Shown here piece by piece: positions 12,983 through 25,312 of a DNA stretch of 64,000 bases. The stretch's first letter is position 1. Every line of letters begins with the position of its first letter. Made by a program: the position numbers and the translations under genes. The notes below the pieces were generated by a model. The model saw only the letters and a list, made by a program, of their open reading frames with translations. It did no database searches and was not told where the DNA came from. This stretch comes from Kondoa subrosea (taxonomy: Eukaryota), in the NCBI GenBank assembly GCA_039545335.1, contig BCIN01000002.1, positions 186,001 through 250,000 on the forward strand, given 5' to 3'.

Positions 12983-13809
12983 CTACGTATAGCCCAAAGC
13001 TCTGTAGTACTTGTAATGTCCCTCATTACGCGAAACATAGCCATTATGAGTCGCTTTGCACCAACGAGCTCGATCTTCACGAGGTACACCCATTCGTTCG
13101 CAATAATCATAGTAATCTGTGATGAAAGCTTCAGCGGTGTTGAAGCAGCCCATGAATGATGAGACGATACCATTGCATCCACCTTAAAAAGAAGGTTTCA
13201 GCTTGTAATTCAAGGAAACGGGAAGAGACTTTAGCTTACAGCACCTCATCTCTAGTTGACACCAAAATTCGTTCTCGTTGTGTTCATTATAAGGCTCGCC
13301 TACAGTAATCGCCCTTAATATTAGCCAGAAAAAGCGATGACAAGGTAAACTAGAACTGACATTGCATGATATCGATACCACTGTATCCACTAGCGTATTG
13401 ATCTGGATAGCTAGCTTTACGACCTTCATCTCCTTCATAAGCTCCACCTAAACAACTGTACTAAAGCACAAATGCATTCAGACTTTGTCATCTCTAGAAA
13501 AGGGGGGAGAAAATAGTCACCTACCTGATAAGGATGAGGTCCCAGAACTTGATTGTGACCATTATTGTACACAGACCAAGCGATCGTTTGACCAGTAGCA
13601 GCTTCCGCATCTTTGCGCATCTTCTCTGAGATCTGGCCCAATAAACCATGAGTTCAAAGGGAAATGCAGAGCTAAGGTCCAGAACATACAGCTGTATCAA
13701 TGAAACCTAGAACCCCCGTGGCTAGATCCTTTTTGCCTTTATAGGCAGCAGACACATGACCGCCAAAGAAGGTAAGCGAGAGGATGACAATTTTGGTAAG
13801 GCTGAACAT
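12983..13809 (-). CDS. Small secreted cysteine-rich protein of unknown function (5 exons, ~190-200 aa)
   Basis: Rebuilt from GT-AG introns: MFSLTKIVILSLTFFGGHVSA|AYKGKKD...HPYQYSCLGGAYEG...MQCEPYNE..FWCQLEMRCCGCNG..GCFN..DYCERMG..WCKATHNG..YYRALGYT*. Confidence 0.7.
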
Positions 13810-14288
13810 GGTGCCAATACTTCGACGAGGAAAGAGAGAGAGAGGGAAGAGGAAGGAAACAGTGTTATATGGGGTCTATAGCGCCTTTGGAGAAGCCATG
13901 ACGATGCCCAGTAACAATGCTTCACTAGAGCCTTGGCGACAACCATAACCCATGCCGTATTCCGGATTGTAGCTGGGATTGTTGTCTAGACCAGAATCTT
14001 ATCCGCAGCATCTGTCTGCTTGGCCTATCGAAGCTTGTACAGCATGACGCTTGGGTGGCTGGAGCTGGATTGCAGCAGAGCGTTCGAGCTGATCTTTCTG
14101 TTACTTCTTCAACACTGATAACGCAGATGCTAGCTGTACATAAATCAGAGCAGCTTGGAAGACTCGGTGCGAGACTTACAAGCTGTTCAATCAAGTCTTG
14201 TTTTTGCGTCACTTCAGATTGATCGATTAATCACAGCAGCTGATTCGCTCGTCGAAAGACTTTCTTGACCTTCAAAGGAAGACTTGGT

Positions 14289-15059
14289 CTATCTTGCTAC
14301 TTTGTGTTCTCTGAGCTGCAGATCCGTCTCTTCCATCCAAGCCATTACTCCTTTCTCCTCATATATCCTGCTCAATTTCTCTTCATCCAATATCGGTTTC
14401 GGGCCACTCTCTTGCTTGAAACCTTGCAAGAAGTCCGGTATCTTAATCTTGGCTTGTACCCAAACCGGTGCATCTCTCTTCATCTTTTCCACGAAATCCT
14501 TGACCTACAATACTTTGAAATCAGCAATCGAATCTATACTCTTCTCAAAACGCGGAAGACATACAGTCCAAGTATCCATACTTTTAGCAATCAAATAGCC
14601 AGCCGAACCAAAAGTACCCAAAACGATACAAGTAGCAATACCAAAAGCTTTAGCGGTGAAGAAAACTGGATCAAAGTTATCCCCTTCTTGCGATAAGACA
14701 ACAGGTTGAGGTTTCTCTAAATCATCACCTCTAACAAAAGCCCAGAAGGAATCTTGTTTCTGAATCCTTTCGCTCGTCAATGCTGAAGAAGCTGAAGAAG
14801 AATGGAGGATTGTCTTGTTATTCAAGAAATTGATTGATTTAGTAGAAGTAGAAGTAGAAGGTGATAGATCACGTAAGCGGAGTTTGCTATTACCAGCATT
14901 GATAGAAGGGGGACTTTGTACTTTCTTGAAAAGATACTTGGCTGTTCTACCTGTGATGAACAAAGTAACGCCAGCTGCGGTTATGAAGATTAAAGGCAGT
15001 CGTTTCTTGAGTCTATCTCGAGCTTCTTGATCTTCCGTTATTGTTGTCGAATTCGACAT
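14289..15059 (-). CDS. Putative mitochondrial two-TM protein, AIM11/TMEM242-like
   Basis: Two hydrophobic segments; FTAKAFGIATCIVLGTFG..YLIAK..(intron)..DFVEKMK pattern. Family assignment is from memory of the motif. Confidence 0.55.
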
Positions 15060-15129
15060 GCTTGTTCGCGGAAGAGAAGTGAGTTTGGTTACATACGGCT
15101 ACACACTGCTCTGATATATTCTGCAAGCA

Positions 15130-16057
15130 ATGGTCAAACTGAGTACGCTGAGCATTGGGCCGCAAAGATCTTGAGGGAACAGAAAGAGCTGATATAAACG
15201 GAAGTGCAGAATATGAGATCAAGGCTGATTTGGAGAACGTGACTGATCTGGAACCTGTCGACTCTGTAGAAAACTTCTCTCCTGCTTTCAAAGTGCAGTG
15301 TACATCTGTAGGTCTTGCGGAGTCGCTCAAATCAATGTGTCATTGATAGTGTCATTTCGGTCATCTACAGTGTGAGTATCTCATTACTTTCCCACACATG
15401 TATAGTTATCCTGTCAACAGGCAGAGAAATACATCCCAATTGGGTCACTGTGGATCCGACAGTCCGTCACTGCCTGACTTGATAATTCTTGCTCTGAAGG
15501 TCTGATGCCCAAAAACGGTATAGGAAGACAGACCTATGCAAGGATCTCGCGGAACAGCTCATTTTGTTTGGAAATGTTTATCATGCAAAGTGCATTTATC
15601 TTTTCTTTCCTCTTGTGTTCATTCCCTCTGATGAACTGGGACACGATGTTTCCATAGAGAGCGGCTTCAGCTTCAATAGATACTACTTTTAAACGATCAG
15701 CTTTAACAGCAGAACAAAGTGAGAATCACCAATGGGCTACTTTAGGCGTTGTGGAATGTCGAGGATGCGAATTTGTTGAATTCGATCCGAATCAAGTCAG
15801 TACTTTTCATTGTCAAGATTACATTTTAGAATGTTATCCTGATTTTGAGTGCTGATAGGTCATGTGGAAATGTCAAGGAAGGGAATCGGGAACCAAGTTT
15901 GCTGATTTCGAAATTGAAGATTGGACAGATTATGATGGTGAGCGGATCTGATCGCTGTTTGAAATTACTTCTCATACAGCCTCATGGTTCGTTCACAGAA
16001 AAAGCGAGCGAGCCTGTTGGGATCACAGAAGTCCAGAGTAGAATAAGTAGAGCATGA
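15130..16057 (+). CDS. CXXC zinc-binding protein, DUF866/UPF0587 (CZIB/C1orf123 family)
   Basis: IKADLENVTDLEP, FKVQCTSCRE.HPNWV, GSRGTAHFVWKCLSCK, VECRGCEFVEFDP, DWTDYD, EPVGITEV; many short introns. Confidence 0.9.
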
Positions 16058-16148
16058 AGATCGTGTTTGCATTGTGATACACTCAACTAAATACAACTTA
16101 GAAACAACAACAACAGCAGACTACACCTAACAGCAGAACATATCTCTT

Positions 16149-18250
16149 TCACCTATGCGAATAGACTGCATTTCTCATGATGGCTGGTTGTAGTACGATC
16201 AGCTCAATACCGTGTCTCCGACAGTGTCGTGACTCACCAGCCCCTTTCTGAACTCTTTCTTCATAAGTCATATCCTCTATCTTCTTCTCGGCGAACGGTA
16301 TCTGCTCTTTCTTCCGTATTGGCTGCTGTTGAGAAGGGCGAGGTACTTGATCCCTATTGAGCCGTTCTTCTTCTTCTACAGCTTTGTTCAGCTTCTCATC
16401 TTCTTCTTCTTGATTTTTACTTGGCTCGGCAAGATGCAATTTTTCTTTAAGATGGTCAGTGGTAGAATGTATCGCTTTCTGAAACCCTTGCTGTATTTTC
16501 CTTCATCAGTTTCTATTACGGGAGGTGACATAACGAAAGTAACTGACGTAAGTCTCTACACTTTCGATGGTCAAAAGTGATTTCTTGATTGAAACTCGCG
16601 ATAAATCGAGGTTCTGCTCCTCCATATCTTTGATGAACCGTTTAAATTGAGAAGAACCTAATAATCTAAGTTAACATCGGTTCCAGAATCATTCGGGACT
16701 CATCCGACCTGATTTATAGTGCCCAGAAAGAGGAGATAAAGATCGTAGTTGACCATTTTTGATCTGTTTTGCAATGTCAAATCGAAATTGCGGTTTGCAA
16801 GCAGCATAAATACCTTGAGTTGTCCAGCTGTCCTGACTTTGGATCCATACAAGAAAGAGCTGTGTTGAAAACCACCAGTTTGCTAGATCCGCTCAGCAAA
16901 GGGGAAGTAATATGAGGTCGATGAGCAATACCTTTATGCCTACAAACATCCTGCCAGACTATTTGACACTAAATATCAGGTGCAGAAGTGAATACAAGCG
17001 TCGCACCATATCGCAAACAAAGATCCATATCTGCTTCTGCGAAAAGATGGCATGTGAGATAAGTAGAGCATGACTAATTCAGTTGAGTCTATGTACCTTG
17101 GACTTCTTCTTCTTCTTCTCAGGCGGCTTATCAGACTTGCTCCCAAGCTTTTCTTTCCACCTTTCCGTCAAACTCTTCTGTTGCGATACTTGTTCCATTT
17201 GGCCTGCATCTCGACTTTCCAAAGAACTCGTACTCGAAATAGAATCGGCTGAAGTGTAGGGGTCGACTTGTTCATCGTCTTCTTCCGCTTGACCAATGCC
17301 TTGACCATTCCCGAGATCTTTGTATTTGCCTTTACTTGTATCGACCACTTCACCATTACGATGCCAACGTAATTTGCCTTCTTCATCAATTCGTACGAGA
17401 TAGTTGAGACGTTGTTCTTCTGATAAATAGCTATAGACGAATTCAGTGCCATACACTCCAAACGATAACAGGTACTAACGTGATCATTTCTGTGTCTAGA
17501 CGATGTCTAGATCGCTCAGGTAAATCGACTGATCTTCCTGTTAGGCGACATAAGCTAGTATAGCTGGAACGGAGAGAAGGAGAAACCTTCGCCTTCATCT
17601 AGCCAATGAAAGAAATTGTCTGTCGACTGTCGTATCTCATTGGTACACATCCACAAGAGAGCTCGGATATACTCACACTGCTTGCGGCCCATACAGCGTG
17701 ATATTTCTTGAGAGACTGCCTTGAGACTTAGCCATGATAATCAAAGACATTGACCATGACGTACAGAACCATAACGCTGGTATAGCATAAGCATATGTAC
17801 CCAATCCTAGAGTACTGACTAGACGTACATGCTTCGTATCGATCATTTCAAGCCAATAAGCCGAATCTGCGCGACAACATTCAGCTGAACTCACAGGCAA
17901 AAGAGAAAAGGATACTGACCCATATCCTTGTTAGAGCCATTACGACCTTCAACCTCATTCTCTTCGCCATTGCCTTGAGTTCCAGAATGGCCAATTCTTC
18001 CAGCAAAGAAGGTTGATCTCTGCCATCGACTAGCAGAATCATTCTCTCCACTTTTGGCAGCTTTGTGATACTGCTCATGGGATCCTTGTGTCATTATATC
18101 CTGCAGCCTAGAATCCAACGTCATTGATCGCTTTTCATTCTTTCCATTGTTTGGTTTGCTGAGGTAACGGCCTTGCTTCGTTCTTGCTGCTACATGTCGT
18201 CTGTACGAAGACTGGATCACCGTAGCTGCCTGCTGTTGATCCTTCGGCAT
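16149..18250 (-). CDS. IQ calmodulin-binding motif protein (fungal/plant IQM-like family)
   Basis: AATVIQSSYRRHVAAR IQ motif; YWLEMID.KH, NFFHWLDEGEG, YLSEEQRLNYLVRID, FQHSSFL.G, LSPLSGHY motifs across exons. Confidence 0.85.
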
Positions 18251-18348
18251 CCTTCCAAATTGCTTTCGTTTGCAGAAAAAGCGTGGCTTCCATATTTGCT
18301 TTTCATAGACCACGAATCCTGTGTTCTCTAAACACGCTCAAGGCAACG

Positions 18349-19600
18349 ATGCAAGGTCTTAGACACGATTCAGCATCAGCGAAGGAACAGATCTCACCGC
18401 TATTCGTGTATGGGCCTGGCCCTTTGGGACCCGCTCTTCTCAGTGAAGACGACCCTATTGTGCGCCAATTGGAGTACACTCGTGGTCACTTGCAGACAGG
18501 AAGGGCGCTCCAGGCCTTGGCGCGAATTGCGGTCGAAGGCACAACCAGGAGTGTTGAAAGCATCAAACCTATTCTGAAGAATGTCAGTCATAAGCCAGAT
18601 TATTTAGCTTATCAGCTGATTTTATGTGTATTAGTATTTACGCTCTGCGAGTCATCCTCATCTCTTTATTACAAAAGAGGCGACAGAGCTACCCGGCAAA
18701 CATATATGGGGCGAGCAAAGTCGTAACAATCAAATTCTCGTTGAAGCACCTTATCCAATAGCTCGGAAGGAGCCTTCCGCCATCTATCTAGCAGAAAATC
18801 TTATGTCTAGCTTTCAAAACACTTCAGAAGATCATCACCAGCGGATTCCTCTTTTCGCCTTACTACTAGTATGCTATTCGCATCAGATAGCACACGATGT
18901 GCATTACAAGTTTGGCTATGGTCTACTCCTGTATCTGTGACTGCAGGAGGTTATCTGGAATCAGTGGTTACTGGACTGCAAAAGGGTCACTTCGGGGATT
19001 GGCTAGAAAGGGAATTGTTTGGAGGGCGAATTGAAGCTCACTGTCGGTCCACTGGTCTTCTGGTCCGCTAGGTCGTTGGAACTGGCCAGAAGTGCTCTGT
19101 TTGAATATTTGCGGTCCAGAGAAGAACAGAAGCTTTGATGTCCGTGATATTCCATTTGGTGAGCGGGATTTACTTACGTATTTAGTATCGCGCTAACAAT
19201 CTAGTTAGACAATAAATACCTTCAGGATCTTGTATCTGGGTTATGGTGCAGAACTGCACTTCCCCTGCCTTCTCCTACTGCAGCTATCATGCCTAATTCT
19301 TGGATCTCAACGTTGATGCATGATGCAAGAGAGCTTTCCAGCTTGAAGACTTCTCTGTCGCCGAGCCGTGAGTTGGCGAACTCATCATCAGCCGCCAGTC
19401 AGCTTCAACGCCCAGAACAAGACTGGCCTTGGGGAAGCTCAAGGTCCGAAGATAGCACTTCCGCGCCAGCCGGTCTATCACACACAACGAATAACGACAA
19501 TCAGCCTGGTAGCATCGGTCAAGAGCCAAACTCTACTACGGCTTTGTCGAAATTGGTCGCGTATCGAGGTTTCTCAAACTGCACCGGTGATTATGACTGA
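18349..19600 (+). CDS. Hypothetical protein (multi-exon; boundaries uncertain)
   Basis: ATG at 18349 opens a protein-like frame followed by plausible GT-AG introns (~18583-18633, ~19160-19204). No recognisable family. Confidence 0.4.
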
Positions 19601-19666
19601 ATTTGGAATTGATCATGTTGCAACAGTACGTCATGATACCCATAAAAGCGTACTTTTTCATTTACG

Positions 19667-19688
19667 TTTTTTTTTTTTTTTTTTTTTT
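19667..19688. repeat. Poly(T) homopolymer, ~22 nt
   Basis: Direct reading of the sequence. Confidence 0.9.
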
Positions 19689-20044
19689 GAGCAGACCATG
19701 GTGCTTCCGACCAAATATGGACGCCATCATCGTTAGTCTCTTGCGCTCTGCTCTTCGGATGATCACTCATGAAGTTAGTGCAGGAGATTCTTCTCTGCAT
19801 ATACAGTATCATATAGTCAACTTGTGACCTTCTCATGCTCCTCCTCTTATTCAAAATACACCCACTCAAAACTCACAATCGCAATTATCATGCTCTCCTT
19901 TGGCGGAATTTGCACAAATCAGTTCTGCCCACAAGAAGTAACGTATCTAGTGATATCCTCAAACTCGTCAGACTCATTGTTATTGCAGGATACCACAAAT
20001 TAGACAATGTGTTGATTTATCTGCTTCTGTGACATTTGTATCAT

Positions 20045-21576
20045 TTAGTTTGCATCTTGCTTCTCTAGCCAAGCGTTGATATCGTTTCTCCATTTCTCTG
20101 CTTCTTCCACATGAGGCATATGCGAGGAATCTGGTCAATGGTAGTCAGTCATACTTCCAGCTATACGCCAGATCACCAACCTTCGTACTGTGGATAGTAA
20201 ATCGTAAGCATAATTTCAAGCAACGGCATGCAAAAATGACATACGATATACCATTCTGATCCCTGAATTCTATGCTTGATACGTTGAGTGACCCATTCGT
20301 TGACTTCATCATGACGACCTGAAGCGTGTAAAACGGGAATCTTGATTTCATGCAAACGATCTTCAAGGGATTCATCCTTCATTGATCCAACGACGGTGAA
20401 TTCTGGGTGTGAATACCAACATGAACGGAGTGGCAGTCCACAGATCATTCGTACTTACCGTTTGGACCGTTCATAGTGCTAAAAACATTCGTAAGACAAT
20501 GCGAAACTGCAAAATGAAAGCTCAACTCACTTGTAAACAGTCGCATCTTCTTCCATCAACTTGAAGCTATAGCTTACTTCTTCAGGCATAGGTTGTACCC
20601 GACAAACATGCAGCGAGTAAAAGTATTCCGAAGAATCCTGTGTAAGCTTAAAATTAGTAACCATTTTCCCTCAAAATGAAGGGAATACCTTGAACTCTGG
20701 ACTATCGTATTTCTCTTCTTTCAATCCTTTTTGAATGATAGATTTATGAGGCTCGGGCAATTTCTCAATCCAATCAGCGCAACCTTCCTGAGATATAGCT
20801 GGCGGATCAGTAATTAGATTGTTGTAGCAGAAGATTGGACTGACAGAGAACTTGCCCCAATCTGCTATTCCATCTGCATTGATGAAAGCTTTGAAACCTT
20901 TTGGTTGCTCGAGTGCATGAGCAAATCCCAAATATCCACCTGCAATAATGTCTGTGAGCATGTTTGTGAAGCGAGATCGCTTTAACACTCACCCCAACTT
21001 TGACCAATAGCGTAATCTACAACATCATCAGAGAGACTTGACCAATGTAAGAGACAGGAGCTTACAGGTATTGATCTTTAAATGAGCGACCAGACCATTC
21101 AATTCTTTGAGAAAGAGATCAGTAGTCCAAAATTTCCCATCACCAGCTTTCTCTGGTAATCTAGTAGATTTGCCGCATCCCAATTGACTGTCACCAAATT
21201 GTTCAGCAAAGAAATACCATAGTGCAAGTATATGAGAAGATCGAAACTCAACTCGTAGTGAATCACAGCGCGTTTCTCTGATGCCAGATTGGCCATCCGA
21301 AGAGTGCTATTGTTTACCATCAGAAAAACTATTCAACAAGAGAAAGGGAGGATCAACAGACTAATAGTGACATGCTCCAGGTCCTCCATGTAAGATGATG
21401 ATCGGAGGAAGAGAAGCAGTCTTCAAGTCTCCAGTGACACGATAGTAAGTTTTATAACCTGACCATTCGTAATAGCCTTCTATAGTTGGATCTGCAAGCA
21501 ACGAAGACACATGAGGATTATATCACAAGCCATGCTGTTGAAATCTAAATATACCAGGGATGCCAGGAAAGGACAT
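20045..21576 (-). CDS. Proline iminopeptidase / L-amino-acid amidase (alpha/beta hydrolase, peptidase S33)
   Basis: [16 protein letters not shown], nucleophile [22 protein letters not shown]. Confidence 0.92.
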
Positions 21577-22994
21577 GACTGCTTAAAGAGCTTTGTAGAG
21601 GGATTCAACAGATAGTCTGAGTATTTCAAAAGAGTCGCTGTAGCGTTCAGGACAAGATGTAGAAACTATTATGCAACTTGGAGTTGCACGTCGACCTCGA
21701 ATTTCGCATAGAATGCCGCAAACCTTGAGCAGCTGACCTCGAAGACTTGTAGAAGGCCAGTATGGACAGAGCGAAAGCAAGCAAGAGCAGACTACAAGCT
21801 ATACCCGATGACTCTTCTCTTCTGCATTGTGTTTTACTTGCCGCATTGCTCTATAAACACGTACAGGATGCCTTTCGAGAGTCTTGCATTGAGATCCGAG
21901 AGACACGTCCTTGATGGACAATGCCATCCTAGAATTACAGAGCTCATCAAGTGGAATCAATGGCCTTCTGCTATTGCCTGAATGCGGCTCGCTCTGCTAT
22001 ATCTGGGAATGGTACACAGTGTTCGAACAAATCTACGTATCGCAATCCCTTGTCAATCTCCTTGAGACCTTTCCGCAGAAATTGGGATGCTGCTATCCGG
22101 GTCCGAAGTCTCTTGCGGCAGACCAAGGGCATTTGATTGTTACGTCCCGAGATCCGTCCCGAGATCATGGCTTATCTTATTCCTCACTCTTTCTCCTCAT
22201 CCACACTCCTGCTAGCTCAAGAACAGAAATGCATACTATCACAGCCGATTACGACCTTCTCTTACTGAAGAGCATTTGTATGAGGAACGGATATGACGTT
22301 GAAGCCATGGGCCGTCTACCTTGTCGTCCCACTGAGAATTTCGGGCTTCTCTCTGGCTCTCATACGAGCGATATTTTGTATCCTCTGCAAGAACAGCGAC
22401 AGTCGAAATCTTCGAGCTGTTGACATTGAAAAAAGATCCATTGGGATGAAGAGGCAGAACGAGTGCTCAAGCACAGGAAAATGATGAAGACAAAATGGTC
22501 AAGCGCGACATTATTGGACGTACTCTGTAGGTAGGTCTGTTCAAATTGAGCCTGAGTGGTGTTACTTATGCTCCTAATCTTACTTCAATCTCTTGCAGTG
22601 ACTCGTAAATGGCTTGATCGAATAGCTCAAATCCTGTGCATCGAGGCGATTCGCGCAATCGATAATGCTCGATAATGTCTACGAGGGTGATAGCTAGTCT
22701 CATACTCCTGTAATACCTAGTCTCCCTGCAGTCTCAACCTACCGCATGTGTCTCTAGTCTTGCCCAGTTATCAGTACTGTATCTATACTTTGACCGACCA
22801 GTCGGTCTCACTTAGCTATGGCTGCGGTTGTCTGTCTACCATACTCACAGCATCTCCTTGAGAGCATCAGATATCATGCAATCCAAGTAGAATAGAAGCC
22901 TTCTTCCAACCTGTTCTAGCGTTTGTGATCATGCTAGCGAAAAAATCTACTCTGCTCTCTCTAGCGCTGTCTGCTCCCCTTTCTCCTTACAGCG

Positions 22995-25013
22995 ATGATC
23001 TCGCTTCCGTCTTACTCCTGTCCGAACGAAGAGCCTTTTGATCTGTTTGCGCAGCGATTGCATGCTTTCTTTTCAATCCACAATATACAGATCTCTTCTC
23101 TCAAGCACGATGCTCTAGTACTAGCTCTGAAGCCTGGATCTGTGGCTGCTCTCTGGGCAAGCTCTAGTCAATGTTTTGAAGCTAGCTTTGATCGCGCTTT
23201 GAACGATCTACAAACACATTTTGGCTCTTCTGCAATGTATCAAAGTACGGCTCTATCGCACAAAGTTCGTAGCTCAGTACTGATTGTTTGTTTAGTACGA
23301 AGTCAAGCAGCGAGAAACAAACTGGAAGGAAGGGTGTTCAGAGGTATGTCGACTCCTCAAAGCAGCTTCAATAGTCGCTTATATAGGCCTTCTGCGACTA
23401 TACAGATGAGTTACATAGAAAGTAAGCCTGTGTGTTCGCTAGAGCAGCAGTTCCTGACATTTTAGACAGCGAAATGGTCATCGATTTAGTAGAAGAGCTG
23501 GAACTACTAATGCTGAAGGCGGGAATCACGAGTCAAGACGAATCGAGACAGCTCTTTATTCGATGCTTTCGAGAATTCCCGGTAGGCTTCTCTCACCATC
23601 GTCAGTACTCTACTGATGGAAAGTACAGGTGTGCATGAAGATCTTGTCCAAAGCGGTTACCTATGATCAAGCAATACTTGAAGCGCTAAGGTTGGTATCC
23701 CTGGGCATATCCATATGCCTTGCGCTGACAAGAAAAGTAGATGGGAGTCTTTAATAATCCGCAAATCGCAACCTGGCCATACACCTATATCGCCTTCTTC
23801 ATATCAAGACCTTAATACTTCATCTATATCTGTTCACCAATCTAACATCGATCGATCTTCGACATACAGCAATACCAATTCCACAAACGGCAATCTCATT
23901 GCCACTGGTCTCGTTGGAGCTGAACCAGCATCTCCAGCCAGATGGTCAGAAGACTCTGGGTGCGTCTCTTCCCTTCTGCATTTACTTGATGGCTTATACT
24001 TGCTCCAGACCAGATCCAACATACCGATCACCTCGCAATAGCAGGATCAAGCGAACTTCTTCACCTGCGCCTCATGGTCCTCTTCCCGCAACTCCTTCCT
24101 CGCCAGCTAACCGTAGATTATCTCAAATTGATCTCAGTTCCGCTGTCGCACCCGAAGCCTCCTCATTCTCATCCCCCGCTCTCAACAAGCGAGCAAGCTA
24201 CCAAAGCACGCATCGAGTTCCAGTTCCGAAAGTCGTAGCCAAAGTAGATCAAGTTCACGCTCCCCAGCCTCGTTTAGCAATCAGTACAAATACCTTGCGG
24301 CCAGTCTTGGATTCATTTCCCTCGCCTTACAATGCAACAGCCAAAAGTGTCGCAGAGTCGGACTATATGACTGTTCAAGAAGATCTATCTATGAGAGATC
24401 GATCAAGGGATTCAATCATTAGCCATCGATCGCAACCAGAGGGAAATCTTTCTGGGCAGTTCTCTGATCCGAATACGCCTGTTTTGGATGAGAAGAAGAA
24501 GGAAGAGATAGCGGTTGAGGAGAGTCCGACGAGGTTGAAGAGTGATCATCCCTATTTACGCAATGTGGTATGTCTCTTTCTGTTTTCTTCAAACACAAAA
24601 GGCTAAAGAGTAAATTATAGCCTGTGATACCTTTTCCACCATCTCAAAGACCTCTTACCTCTCCCGTCAGATCACGCAGCTCAACGACTACTACGACCTC
24701 AAAATCTCAGAACCGGAATTCTGTTGTTCAATACCACAATGCGAATCCACCTGTAGCTCAAGTAACACCAAAGAAACTCAAAAGACGATCTTCAGAACAC
24801 ACACCTCGAACTTCTTCCAGAAGCAGAAGAGATAGCGCTCGGACTAGTCAAGGTGGTAGTGCGGCGGAATCAGATAGAGAAGGTTATTCAAGTCGAATGA
24901 AGACGTTTCTGAGCGCTTCTCTACGGAGAAAAGGTAGCAAAAACTCGAGCAGGAGTAGGGATGAGGATTCGGTTGAGGCTATTAGCAGTACTGGTAGTTT
25001 AGCGCTTCAGTAG
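22995..25013 (+). CDS. Hypothetical protein: N-terminal Gag-capsid-like helical domain plus long Ser/Pro/Arg-rich disordered tail (6-7 introns)
   Basis: The exon chain uses canonical GT-AG introns (23245-23295, 23344-23465, 23582-23628, 23691-23740, ~23960-24007, ~24568-24620) and stays open to TAG 25011-25013. Gag similarity is by eye only (see findings). Confidence 0.65.
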
Positions 25014-25312
25014 CTTGTGTATGCCTTTTCGGCTTTGCATAACTGATCCAGTTGCCGCACTGACGTATAATCGGTCCATAAATACATCGCATTGTATACC
25101 AGGCTGAAGAGTTGACAAGAAAGTTAGAGACAGCTGCTTATGTAATCGGACAGTACCTTTGTTGCCCAAGCCAATTCAAGGCTTGCGATTGGAAGGACTG
25201 ATACGTCAGTTTGCGTCAGTTGCGCCGGACAGCTAGCTTGATCGCATTGAAAAGACCAGCTCGTTTGTCCAAGGTGTCAATATTGCTGGCGCTTCTTGTC
25301 TTGAGCGTCTAT

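Noticed and set aside
14838..14860. (AGTAGA)n microsatellite
   Set aside because: It simply encodes an STSTS low-complexity linker on the minus strand.
19667..19688. Poly(T) tract as the tail of a retroposed element
   Set aside because: No target-site duplication or adjacent LINE/processed-gene sequence recognisable; treated as a simple homopolymer.
21868..22484. 170-aa plus-strand ORF upstream of the Gag-like gene, considered as a transposon remnant or separate gene
   Set aside because: No RT, integrase, protease or transposase motif, and I could not build a convincing exon chain. It may still be a weak orphan gene.
22500..25250. LTRs flanking the Gag-like gene
   Set aside because: No long direct repeat, PBS or polypurine tract was evident by eye on either side.
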